Source: an uncultured Gammaproteobacteria bacterium (GTDB taxonomy: Bacteria; Pseudomonadota; Gammaproteobacteria; Steroidobacterales; Rariloculaceae). From it: DNA of 64,000 nt. The stretch covers positions 62,354 through 126,353 of the forward strand of contig CAZKNH010000001.1 in assembly GCA_964553875.1 (NCBI GenBank), read 5' to 3'. Positions 18,711 to 27,596 of this stretch are shown in pieces; the stretch's first letter is position 1; every line of letters starts with the position of its first letter. Below the pieces are notes generated by a model. It saw only the letters and a program-made list of their open reading frames with translations, searched no databases and was not told the origin of the DNA. The translations under genes were made by a program, and so were the position numbers.

Positions 18711-19562
18711 TCACGCTTCCGGCAGTGCTCCGATGGCCCGTAGGAACCGAGCCGACATCTCGTACCTGAACGCGTTGATCGACTCGAAGCTCGGGCCGCG
18801 CACATACAGCGCAAACGCAACAGTGTTGCCGTCGGGTTTTTCGACCCATCCCACCAGCCAGCCTTCGAACGCTCCGTCGAATTGGCCAGGAACCACTGGG
18901 CCCGAACCGGTTTTGCCGTGCAAGACGTAGCCAGCGGTTTCGCTGAGCACGCTCACGGCCCGGATGGCGTCGATCGTCGCGGGCCGCAGATCGAGCTGGC
19001 CGAGGAGCAGGCGCTCGATGAACGCAACCTGTTCTCGCGGAGATATCTCCAGCGGTCCGCCGAGCCAGAATGAATCGTCACCGTCGGGGACGGCGACGTT
19101 TCCGTATCCGAAGCGTGTCAGTGCGTCACGGTAGCGGGCACCGCCAATTTCCTTCGCGATGTCCTGGAAGTACCAAGGGACAGAACGCCTGAAAGCGGTC
19201 TCCAACGTTTGGTTCTCTCTCCAGTCATCGGGCCAATACGCCTCCGGCGGGCGCCTCTGCGGATCCCAAACCCGTTCGTGATCGAGCGAGTGCGCAACCC
19301 CTGTTTCGAGCGCGATCAGCAGGTTCGGGATCTTGAACGATGAGAACGGCGGGTGCCTTACATCGACTGCCTCGGGCCGATACGCGAAAACGCTTCCGGT
19401 CGGAAGGTCCTTCGCGTAGAAGACGACGAACCGGTCGGCGATCTCGTCTCTGAGACTCGTATCTACATCTCCACCGAGGTCGACGAGGTCCTCGCCATAT
19501 GCCGAGGAGGCAAAGAGAACGCCCAGCAGACACGTGAAGGTCAGATGGCGGCGCGTGACCAT
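18711..19562 (-). CDS. class D (OXA-type) beta-lactamase homologue
   Basis: 283 aa from MVTRRHLTFTCLLGVLFASSAYG (signal peptide). S-x-x-K is present as S74-S-F-K77. Also present are an SVPWYFQ block, FGYGN (the YGN motif), HGKTGSG (the KTG motif) and GWLVGWVEK. Confidence 0.8.
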   Translation of the reverse strand: MVTRRHLTFTCLLGVLFASSAYGEDLVDLGGDVDTSLRDEIADRFVVFYAKDLPTGSVFAYRPEAVDVRHPPFSSFKIPNLLIALETGVAHSLDHERVWDPQRRPPEAYWPDDWRENQTLETAFRRSVPWYFQDIAKEIGGARYRDALTRFGYGNVAVPDGDDSFWLGGPLEISPREQVAFIERLLLGQLDLRPATIDAIRAVSVLSETAGYVLHGKTGSGPVVPGQFDGAFEGWLVGWVEKPDGNTVAFALYVRGPSFESINAFRYEMSARFLRAIGALPEA

Positions 19563-19589
19563 TAAGAGCCCGTCTTGGATATGCATACT

Positions 19590-19854
19590 GCTCGAGGGGT
19601 ACCAGGTATTTCTTGAAGTAGCCCGCCATGCTCGCGTAACCGAGCTTCGAATAGAACCGACCGGCGCCGGAGGTCGCAAGGGAAACCAGGACGCAGCCGT
19701 CCGCGGCGGCTCGTGTCTCGAGTGCCGCCATCAGCGAGCGGCCGGTCCCTTCGCCTCGGCGTTCCTCTTTCACGAAGAGCTCGTCGACCCAGGCCGTGTT
19801 TCCGCCAGCGCAGAAGGCCGCATGGTGCGGCTCCCGTGTGCGGCGGTCAACGTA
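19590..19854 (-). pseudogene. GNAT N-acetyltransferase remnant (C-terminal half only)
   Basis: The reading frame begins directly after the stop of the upstream cupin gene. The remnant AWVDELFVKEERRGEGTGRSLMAALE...GRFYSKLGY is the acetyl-CoA-binding half of a GNAT. There is no N-terminal half and no in-frame stop until 19225, inside the bla gene. Confidence 0.5.
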
Positions 19855-20622
19855 TCACGCGTTCTCACCGAACATGATGAGGATCATCGTCGCGCGCTCG
19901 TCACCGGGGTTCCAGAATTCGTGGGTCATGCCCGCGGGGACGAAGATCGCCTGGTTGTCCCTGAGTGCGATCTCTCGCCCGCCGAGACGTGCCCTCGCGG
20001 TGCCCGCCTCGATGATGATGAAAAGCGATGCGAAGTCGTTGACCTGGTTGCGTGGATCGGCATTGATGTGCTGCCCCGGCGCGATCCCGTACCAGCTTGT
20101 GCGCAAGCCCTTGGCGTAGTAGATGGGAAGGGCTTCGCCGCCGTGCGCCGGCAGCGCACGTGAAGGATCCAGCGGCACGAACTCCGGGATTCCGGTCGTG
20201 AAGAAGTGAAAGCTCACGGACAGAAACGCGGCACGGCCGGATTCGTCCATCTGGAAGCCGTTCACCGTTTCGACCCGCATCGGGGTCGGATCCGACGCCC
20301 GGGCCTGCACCATCGTCGTCGGCGCGTGAATCTCGCCGGAGGCAATTCGCTCGAAGGTCTCACCGTCCGTGACGTAAACGAAAGCCGGGACTGCGGGCAG
20401 ACCGCGTTCTACAGTTACGCTTGCAGCTTCGGTTTCGGTCGCGGGTTTCGCGGTGATGGTCCAGGCCTCGTCGTCGACGCGAACCCCGAACGTGACTGCG
20501 AAGCTCAAGCTCGGATCGCGCGCATAGTCCTCGGCGAGGCGTCGCAGCTCGTCTTCCGGCGTCTGCGCCAATAGAGACGCTGCATGGAGGAAAACGAGCA
20601 ATGCAGCGAACGCGGATCTCAT
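19855..20622 (-). CDS. secreted two-domain protein: SCP2-like N-terminal domain plus cupin C-terminal domain
   Basis: Start MRSAFAALLVFLHAASLLAQ with GGAGG upstream. The C-terminal block ALRDNQAIFVPAGMTHEFWNPGDERATMILIMFG is a cupin beta-roll motif. The N-terminal half (FAVTFGVRVDDEAWTI...FVYVTDGETFERIASGE) resembles SCP2/alkyl-sulfatase C-terminal domains. Confidence 0.6.
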   Translation of the reverse strand: MRSAFAALLVFLHAASLLAQTPEDELRRLAEDYARDPSLSFAVTFGVRVDDEAWTITAKPATETEAASVTVERGLPAVPAFVYVTDGETFERIASGEIHAPTTMVQARASDPTPMRVETVNGFQMDESGRAAFLSVSFHFFTTGIPEFVPLDPSRALPAHGGEALPIYYAKGLRTSWYGIAPGQHINADPRNQVNDFASLFIIIEAGTARARLGGREIALRDNQAIFVPAGMTHEFWNPGDERATMILIMFGENA

Positions 20623-20845
20623 CGTGCTCCCCTCCCTTGGTGGCTCCAATGGTCTGCGTCAGTAACGGCTGATGTTCACCAGGAACAGGCTTCGCCGAAG
20701 GCGTGGAGCATCATGCCGTTCTCGAACCGGCCTCGTTCCAATATGGCGGCCTCGCGCAGGGCAAGTCTCGAGCGAAGCGGGAGTCAGCTTCATGTCACGA
20801 TGGCGGTACGGCGGATGGGCGGCGAACTTCGACACGCACGCCGTG

Positions 20846-21547
20846 TCACGTATCGGCCGTGGAGCAGCGGCCGTAGATGAAGTACCGGCTCGTGCTTCGC
20901 ACGTCCGCGTTCCATCCCAATCGACCGAGCTTCGCCCGAAGCGCCTCGGGTTCGTAATAGATCTTGTAGATGTTGAAAGTTCGCCCGTCGTTCAGCCGTC
21001 GCTCGACGATGGAACCGGACTCCGGAGGGTGCTGGTCCGGTGACGTCGACGTCGGGTCCTTTCTGGAATCGATGAAAAAAACGCGGCCTTCGGGAGCGAG
21101 GGCGGTTCGCACCAGCCTCCAGAACGATTCGAACCTCGCGTCGGGCACACGAGAAAGCCAGAAGCTGAAGAACACCACATCGAATTGCGCAGGCGGTACC
21201 CAATCGAACAGATTGGCTTGGACGTATCGTGCGCGCCCGGGTCCGATTCTCTTCTCGTTCAACGCCAGCATCTCGGACGAGGCGTCGACCACGGTCAACT
21301 CGTCGGCATAGCCGCACAACTTCTCCGTCCAGATGCCGGTCCCGCCTGCCAGTTCCAGGACTTTGCCCCGAGGCGCGAAGTCGCGGAGCGCGGCGTCAAG
21401 CTCTTCGATATCCGAGAACCACTGCGCGTTGAGCTCCGGGCCGCGATCGTAACGGCCTTTGCGAAACCACCATTCGTCGTACTCGCTCGCGCGGGCACGG
21501 TAATACTCCACCTGTTGTGCGAGGTTGCCGACAACATTTTCGCTCAT
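20846..21547 (-). CDS. class I SAM-dependent methyltransferase
   Basis: Motif I VLELAGGTGIWT, post-I VVDAS and motif II FDVVFFSFWLS. Confidence 0.85.
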   Translation of the reverse strand: MSENVVGNLAQQVEYYRARASEYDEWWFRKGRYDRGPELNAQWFSDIEELDAALRDFAPRGKVLELAGGTGIWTEKLCGYADELTVVDASSEMLALNEKRIGPGRARYVQANLFDWVPPAQFDVVFFSFWLSRVPDARFESFWRLVRTALAPEGRVFFIDSRKDPTSTSPDQHPPESGSIVERRLNDGRTFNIYKIYYEPEALRAKLGRLGWNADVRSTSRYFIYGRCSTADT

Positions 21548-21801
21548 TGGCGGATTCCTCGTGCGACGAACGCCATCTCGGTCGCGGGCTTCCAGCCGAG
21601 AGATTCGTAGAGTGGGCGGCCTATTTTCGTCCCGCGCTCGATCTGGTCACGAAGCCACGGGCGAAAGTGCTCCGTCATCGTCGTCAGGATGCCTGGATGG
21701 TGTCCAGCCTCGAGAAACATGCGCTCCCGATGGTCGCAGACGAGCGCCACGTCTTCGACGCGGATATCACGTTCGGCGTAGGGCGGGTTGGTCTCGGTCA
21801 T
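21544..21801 (-). pseudogene. GNAT acetyltransferase with apparent in-frame internal deletion (85 codons)
   Basis: A GNAT-like N-terminus (IRVEDVALVCDHRERMFLEAG...FRPWLRDQIERG) is joined directly to a GNAT-like C-terminus (GRPLYESLGWKPATEMAF). The acetyl-CoA-binding core is missing. The stop overlaps the methyltransferase ATG (ATGA). Confidence 0.45.
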
Positions 21802-21882
21802 AGAGTTTCGCTTCGAGCGTAGCTTCGGGGGCTCGACTCCGGCGAGCAATCGCTCGTGCCGATTCGTTGGCTCGAGCCTCGT

Positions 21883-22086
21883 TCAACGATTCGCACGATG
21901 TGTTTCACAGCGGTTCGAACGCCATCTTCTTGAGCCATGCGCGCTGCCAGTACGGGTTGCGGAGGGCAGCGTCGAACGATCCGCGAATAGATCAACCTCG
22001 TGACCTGCGTCGATCAGCCCGCGGCACAACGCGACCAACGGTCGCGTGTCTCCTTCGGTGCCGTACGTAACGACCGTGAAACGCAT
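21883..22086 (-). pseudogene. 5' fragment of a GT1-family (UDP-glycosyltransferase-like) gene
   Basis: MRFTVVTYGTEGDTRPLVALCRGLIDAGHEVDLFAD is the typical N-terminus of GT1/MGT-type glycosyltransferases. The similarity is lost after about 45 codons and the ORF stops at codon 67. Confidence 0.5.
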
Positions 22087-22408
22087 ACGAACGAAGGTCT
22101 TTTCTGGCGACGCAGCACCCGTGCAATCGCCGTATCCCTTGGTTTCCTTTCACTCGTCCGCAGGGCGGAGCGGAACCGCCCCGCGGTTTCACTGAACGAC
22201 ATGGGGCGACGGACCGGGCGTCGATTCGATTACGTATTCTGTACGACTGCGAGATGTTTCTCCATGCGCTATCGAATGCCTCGCGAGTGCCGTTTCGTGC
22301 CCCGTATCGGCTCACGAGCCGCCGTACTGTCTCTTAACGGTCTGGCACACACGTCGGGCGACGACGCTGCGGAACGGTCGACATCTGTTCATGGCGATCG
22401 GACGAGCG

Positions 22409-22437
22409 CTTGAGCGCATCGCGCCGCGCCCCTATTT
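22409..22437 (+). promoter_or_regulatory. sigma32 (RpoH)-like promoter candidate upstream of ftsH paralogue
   Basis: CTTGAG-N14-CCCCTATT compared with the consensus CTTGAA-N13-15-CCCCATNT. It lies about 100 nt upstream of the ATG at 22536. Confidence 0.25.
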
Positions 22438-22535
22438 CAGGGAAGCCCATCACCGCTGGGGTAGACTTGTCTCTCGCCACTCCGTCGGCGCGGAAGCCTG
22501 CCGGCGGCGGCCGAGAGCAGGCTGGAGGAAAAGGG

Positions 22536-24563
22536 ATGAGCATTTGGGAACGAGCGCGCGGAAACGCAACCGATCCGTGGAAGAACGGATCGCGCGCGCA
22601 AGGGCAACGGACGGCCGGGCGCAACGGGGAGCAGGCGCCCAGCATGCCTCCGGCGAACACGTGGCTCTGGTTTCTGCTGCTCCTGATCCTGAACTTCCTG
22701 CTCTTCCGCATGTTCTTCGCGGGGGCGGATATCGCGCTGACGATCCCGTACACCGTGTTCAAGGAGCAGGTCGTCGCGGGCAACGTCGCCGAGATCTACA
22801 ACCAGGGTCAGCGGATCGAAGGCAGGTTCATCGAGCCGGTGACGTACCCGCCGCCGGAAACTGCCGACGCTGCCGGAGACGGCGCCCCGCGCCCGCAGCC
22901 CCGCACCGGAACGACGTTCGAGACGACCCTTCCGACGTTCGTCGATCCGGGGCTCGAGGCGCTCTTGATCGAGCACGGCGTCGAGATCACGGCGGAGCCG
23001 ATCGACACGGGCACGTCGCCGCTCGGGCTGCTTTTGTTCGGGTTCGGGCCTGCGATACTGATCATCGCGTTCTACGTGTGGCTCTTCCGCCGGGCGGCGC
23101 GCCAGGGCGGCGGGATCGGCGGCCTCATGGGTATCGGGAAGAGCCGCGCACGCCGCTACGACGCGGAGCGCGACAAGCGCGTGACGTTCGAGGACGTCGC
23201 CGGCATCGACGAGGTCGAGAACGAGCTCGTCGAGATCGTCGATTTCCTCAAGAATCCGGAGAAGTACACGCGCTTGGGCGGCACGGCGCCGAAAGGCGTG
23301 CTGCTCGTCGGGCCGCCGGGCACCGGCAAGACGCTGCTCGCGCGCGCGGTCGCCGGCGAGGCGGGCGTGCCGTTCTTCTCGATGAGCGCCGCGGAGTTCG
23401 TCGAGATGATCGTCGGCGTCGGTGCGGCGCGCGTGCGCGATCTGTTCCGGCAGGCGCGCGAGCATGCGCCCGCGATCATCTTTATCGACGAGATCGACGC
23501 GATCGGCCGAGCCCGCAGCGGCATCGCGTTCGGGGGCGCGGCGGCCGAGCACGAGCAGACGTTGCAGCAGCTCCTGACCGAGATGGACGGCTTCTCGAGC
23601 CGCGAAGGCATCATCGTGCTCGCGGCGACGAACCAGCCGGACATCCTCGACCGCGCGCTGCTCCGGCCCGGGCGTTTCGACCGCCGCCTCGTCGTGAACC
23701 TGCCCGACAAGAAAGGGCGCGAGGAGATCCTCAAGATTCACACGCGGCAGTCGCCGCTCGCGGCCGACGTCGATCTCGCCGAGCTCGCCGCATCGACGCC
23801 CGGCTTCTCGGGCGCCGACATCCGTAATCTCGCGAACGAGGCGGCGCTTCTCGCCGCGCGGCGCGGCCAGAACGAGGTGCGCCAGCGCGATTTCCTCGAT
23901 GCGCTCGAGAAGATCGTGCTGGGCCCGGAGCGGCCTCTGCTCTTGACACAGGAGGACCGGGAGCGGATCGCGTACCACGAGGCGGGGCACGCGATTCTCG
24001 GCTTGATCGTGCCGGGCGCGGATCCGGTGCACCGTGTCACGATCGTTCCGCGCGGCCAGGCCCTCGGCGTGACGTATCAGCGTCCGGACAGCGACCGCTA
24101 CAACTATCCGGAGTCGTATCTGAAAGCGCGGATCATCGGCATGCTCGGCGGCCGCGCGGCCGAGGAGATCGTCTACGGCACGCGCACGACGGGCGCGGAG
24201 AACGACATCGCGCAGGCGACGGATCTCGCGCGGAACATGGTGACGCGCTGGGGCATGAGCGACGAGCTAGGCATGGTGCAGCTCGCGCCGCAGCGCAATC
24301 CCTATCTCAGCGGACCGAGCTCGTTCGTCGGCGAGAAGCCGTTCAGCGAGGACACCGCCCGCCGGATCGATGCCGAGGTGCAGCGGATCATCGACGAGAG
24401 CCACGCGGAAGCGAAGCGGCTCCTCACCGCGCATCGCGCCGAGCTCGATGCGCTCGTCAAGGCGCTGCTCGAGCGCGAGACGCTCGACGAAGAGGAGATC
24501 CTCGAGGTGACCGGGCTGCCTCGGCGCTCCGACGCCGGGGCACGGGCGACGGCGACGGTGTGA
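22536..24563 (+). CDS. ftsH: ATP-dependent zinc metalloprotease FtsH (accessory-type paralogue)
   Basis: GGAGGA Shine-Dalgarno upstream. Two TM segments. Walker A GPPGTGKT, Walker [32 protein letters not shown] and zinc site HEAGHAI. Confidence 0.9.
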   Translation: MSIWERARGNATDPWKNGSRAQGQRTAGRNGEQAPSMPPANTWLWFLLLLILNFLLFRMFFAGADIALTIPYTVFKEQVVAGNVAEIYNQGQRIEGRFIEPVTYPPPETADAAGDGAPRPQPRTGTTFETTLPTFVDPGLEALLIEHGVEITAEPIDTGTSPLGLLLFGFGPAILIIAFYVWLFRRAARQGGGIGGLMGIGKSRARRYDAERDKRVTFEDVAGIDEVENELVEIVDFLKNPEKYTRLGGTAPKGVLLVGPPGTGKTLLARAVAGEAGVPFFSMSAAEFVEMIVGVGAARVRDLFRQAREHAPAIIFIDEIDAIGRARSGIAFGGAAAEHEQTLQQLLTEMDGFSSREGIIVLAATNQPDILDRALLRPGRFDRRLVVNLPDKKGREEILKIHTRQSPLAADVDLAELAASTPGFSGADIRNLANEAALLAARRGQNEVRQRDFLDALEKIVLGPERPLLLTQEDRERIAYHEAGHAILGLIVPGADPVHRVTIVPRGQALGVTYQRPDSDRYNYPESYLKARIIGMLGGRAAEEIVYGTRTTGAENDIAQATDLARNMVTRWGMSDELGMVQLAPQRNPYLSGPSSFVGEKPFSEDTARRIDAEVQRIIDESHAEAKRLLTAHRAELDALVKALLERETLDEEEILEVTGLPRRSDAGARATATV

Positions 24564-24679
24564 CGCGCGTCGAGGACGACCCGCCAATGCACGCTTTGTG
24601 ATTCGCGTCGTCTCGCTGCGCCTTTGACTTAGGGTAATTTCGCATCATCGTCGCGCCGCCTGCCGGCAGGAATCGATTC

Positions 24680-25045
24680 ATGACCAACCTTGCGACCCGC
24701 ACGCCGAAGCGTGCGGCGGCCCTTTTCGGTGCGGCATTCGCGATCGTCTTTCTGTTCACGTACGACCCCGAAGACTTGCCGGCCGGGCTGCTGAACGCGT
24801 CGAGGTGGCTCGTGATGCTGCCGGCGGCGTTCCTGCTGACGGTGCGCGCGGCCGCGGCGTGGAGGTCGGGCCTCGTGCTGACGGGCGGGGTGTTCTTCGG
24901 CGTCTGCATCGCGGCGATCCTGTACGGGTCCAACCTCTGGCCGATCGCAGGGGTCTACTGGACGTGGGCCTTGCTGCCGCCGATCGTCGTCGGCACGGCG
25001 GTCAGCATGCTGATCCGCTGGATGTCGAAAGGAACCCCGAGGTGA
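24680..25045 (+). CDS. hypothetical four-TM membrane protein
   Basis: 121 aa, four hydrophobic helices, same strand as ftsH. I do not recognise a family. Confidence 0.5.
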   Translation: MTNLATRTPKRAAALFGAAFAIVFLFTYDPEDLPAGLLNASRWLVMLPAAFLLTVRAAAAWRSGLVLTGGVFFGVCIAAILYGSNLWPIAGVYWTWALLPPIVVGTAVSMLIRWMSKGTPR

Positions 25046-25103
25046 TTTCCCCCGAGCCGGACCACCTCGCGTCCGGCATCCGTTCTGCTCGAAACGGAGA
25101 GGC

Positions 25104-25358
25104 GTGATGGCGCTCTTTCAAAGCCTGCTGCTCCTCGCCATGGGCTACGGGACGCTCGGCGTCACCTATCGGTCGCTCGGCACCGGATGGCTGCCGTTCG
25201 GACCGAGCGGCCCCAGGGGGCGATTGGAGTTCCGGATGGACGAACAGCCCTTCCGGTACTGGATGGCGTTCACGTTCTATTGCGCCCTGGGCGTCTGGTG
25301 CCTATTTCTTGCATTCGGCGTGCTGTCCGGAGAGCTTTCGCCGTTGCCGCTGAACTGA
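25104..25358 (+). CDS. hypothetical small two-TM membrane protein
   Basis: 84 aa, two hydrophobic helices. Weak support only. Confidence 0.4.
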   Translation: MMALFQSLLLLAMGYGTLGVTYRSLGTGWLPFGPSGPRGRLEFRMDEQPFRYWMAFTFYCALGVWCLFLAFGVLSGELSPLPLN

Positions 25359-25454
25359 GTCTCGGCGGATGAACCGGAGCGAGCGCAGCGGCCGGCACCT
25401 TTCCCGGGCCGCAGTGCTGCAAGCGTCGCCATCGGAACAACCCCGGAGATCGCC

Positions 25455-26567
25455 ATGAGCTGTCGGCTCTTTACGCCGTTCAAGGTTGCCGGTCTCGAGC
25501 TCGTGAACCGCATCGTCATCGCGCCGATGTGCCAGTACTCGGCCGAGGACGGCTGCATGACGGACTGGCACGTCATTCACCTCGGGCACCTCGCGCTCTC
25601 GGGCGCCGCGCTCCTGACGATCGAGGCGACCGCCGTGACGGCCGAAGGCCGGATCACGTATGCGGACGTCGGGCTCTATTCCGACGCGTGCGAAGCAGCG
25701 ATGCGGCGCACGCTCGAAGCCGTGCGCCGGTGGTCCGACATGCCGATCGCGGTCCAGCTCGCGCACGCCGGCCGCAAGGCATCGACGGAGGTGCCGTGGA
25801 AGGGCGGCGGGCAGCTGCCGGCGGATCATCCCGGCGGCTGGCGCACCGTCGCGCCGTCGGCGATCCCTTATCTCGAGACGGATACGCCGCCCGTCGCGCT
25901 CGACCGCGAAGGGCTCGCACGCGTGCGCACCGCTTTTGCGGACGCCGCGCGTCGCGCGGTGCGGATCGGCCTCGACGCGATCCAGATTCATGCGGCGCAC
26001 GGTTATCTGCTGCACGAGTTCCTGTCGCCGCTGTCGAACGCCCGCGACGACGAGTATGGGGGCTCGCTCCAGAACCGCATGCGCTTTCCGCTCGAGGTCT
26101 TCGACGCCGTGCGTGAAGTCGTTCCGCCCGAGATCCCGGTCAGCGTCCGCGTATCGGGAACCGACTGGGTGCCGCGCGGCTGGGACATCGAGCAGACGGT
26201 CGAATTCGCACGCGCCCTGGAAGCGCGCGGCTGCAGCGCGATCCACATCTCGAGCGGCGGGCTCGCGCCCACGCAACAGATTCCGGTCGGGCCGGGCTAC
26301 CAGGTACCGCTCGCGCGCGCCGTGAAGGCCGCGGTGAAGATGCCGGTCGTCGCGGTCGGCCAGATCGTCGACTTCGATCACGCCGAATCGATCCTCGTCG
26401 CGGGCGATGCGGACTTGATCGCGATCGCTCGCGCGATCCTCTACGACCCGCGCTGGCCGTGGCACGCGGCCGCCCACTTCGGCGCGAGCGTCAAGGCGCC
26501 GAAGCAGTACCTGCGCGCACAGCCGTCGCGTTATCGGAATCTGTTCGACTTTCGCGGCGACGACTGA
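25455..26567 (+). CDS. NADH:flavin oxidoreductase, Old Yellow Enzyme family (YqjM/NamA-like)
   Basis: Motifs NRIVIAPMCQYSA, HAGRKAS, IHAAHGYLLHEFLSPLSN.R.DEYGGSL.NR and AVGQI. Confidence 0.9.
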   Translation: MSCRLFTPFKVAGLELVNRIVIAPMCQYSAEDGCMTDWHVIHLGHLALSGAALLTIEATAVTAEGRITYADVGLYSDACEAAMRRTLEAVRRWSDMPIAVQLAHAGRKASTEVPWKGGGQLPADHPGGWRTVAPSAIPYLETDTPPVALDREGLARVRTAFADAARRAVRIGLDAIQIHAAHGYLLHEFLSPLSNARDDEYGGSLQNRMRFPLEVFDAVREVVPPEIPVSVRVSGTDWVPRGWDIEQTVEFARALEARGCSAIHISSGGLAPTQQIPVGPGYQVPLARAVKAAVKMPVVAVGQIVDFDHAESILVAGDADLIAIARAILYDPRWPWHAAAHFGASVKAPKQYLRAQPSRYRNLFDFRGDD

Positions 26568-27469
26568 GTCGTCGTCACCGATTCGGTGCACTTCTCGCCG
26601 AGCGTCTCGACGATGAAGTCGACGAATGCGGTGACCTTCGTGCTCGCGAGCCGCCGCGATGCGTGCAGCACCCAGATCTCGGATGTGCGGTGCGGCACGG
26701 TGCTCCAGATCGTAAGACGTCCCTCGTCCGCGGCCTCCTCGACGACCGCACGCGGGAGCAGCGCGACGCCTGCGCCTGCGGCGACGGCATCCCGCACCAT
26801 CAGGAGCGACGAGAGCCGCATGCGCACGTCTGGCATGATCTCGAGCTGGTCCGTGACGCGCCACGGGCCTTTGTCCGCGAGATGGATCATCGTGACCGCG
26901 GGCACGCGCGGCGGCGTGCCGTCGCGCGTCGGTTTCGGCCGGCGCATGCCCCGCGGTGCGACGACGACGAGCGCATCCTCGCCGATCCGTCGGCCGACGA
27001 GCGTCTCGTCCTTGCGCGGGTTCACGCGCACGACGACGTCGTAGCCGTCTTCGATGAGATCGACGTAGCGGTCCTCCGCGATGACCTCGAGCTCGACCTC
27101 GGGGTAACGGCGATTGAACTCCGCGGCGAGCGACCCGAGCAGCGTCTGCCCGATGAACAACGGCACGCTGACACGCAGCTTCCCGCGCGGGCGGAACGAG
27201 CCTTCCGAGAGGCTTCGTCCGACGTCGGCAAGCTCGGCGACCAAGGTGCTGGTCCGCTCGTGGAGCGCGCGGCCGTCCTCCGTGAGCTTGAGCGTCCGCG
27301 CGCCTCGCTCGAAGAGACGCACGCCCAGGCTTTCCTCGAGCGCCATCACGCGCCGCGATAGCGTCGCCTTCGGTCGTCCGCTCGCGCGGCTCGCCTTGCC
27401 GAAGCCGCCCGCGGAGGCGACCAGATCGAAGTCGGCGAGGAGGCCCAGGTCCAATTTCGACTGATCCAT
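26531..27469 (-). CDS. LysR-family transcriptional regulator
   Basis: Start trimmed to MDQSKLDLG. HTH region FDLVASAGGFGKASRASGRPKATLSRRVMALEESLGVRLFER, followed by a LysR substrate-binding domain. The 3' end overlaps the convergent OYE gene by 37 bp. Confidence 0.9.
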   Translation of the reverse strand: MDQSKLDLGLLADFDLVASAGGFGKASRASGRPKATLSRRVMALEESLGVRLFERGARTLKLTEDGRALHERTSTLVAELADVGRSLSEGSFRPRGKLRVSVPLFIGQTLLGSLAAEFNRRYPEVELEVIAEDRYVDLIEDGYDVVVRVNPRKDETLVGRRIGEDALVVVAPRGMRRPKPTRDGTPPRVPAVTMIHLADKGPWRVTDQLEIMPDVRMRLSSLLMVRDAVAAGAGVALLPRAVVEEAADEGRLTIWSTVPHRTSEIWVLHASRRLASTKVTAFVDFIVETLGEKCTESVTTTQSSPRKSNRFR

Positions 27470-27596
27470 TATTGGAACGACGCGTCTCTCATTTGTGGAT
27501 TGTGGCCCGTTGTATGGACAGATTACCCTGTCGCGCCATTGGAAGCGAATTCGCCGCAGGGGCGCGGCAGAAGAACGAGACGAAAGGAGCGTCACG

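Noticed and set aside
20650-20845. A hidden gene remnant in the 196 bp spacer between the cupin and methyltransferase genes.
   Set aside because: I translated several frames on both strands by hand and found only short stop-interrupted or featureless peptides.
18711-22086. An integron gene-cassette array, suggested by short, same-strand, resistance-type genes.
   Set aside because: There is no intI integrase and no attI. I could not find attC-like imperfect inverted repeats with RYYYAAC/GTTRRRY ends between the genes. Several junctions are direct overlaps instead.
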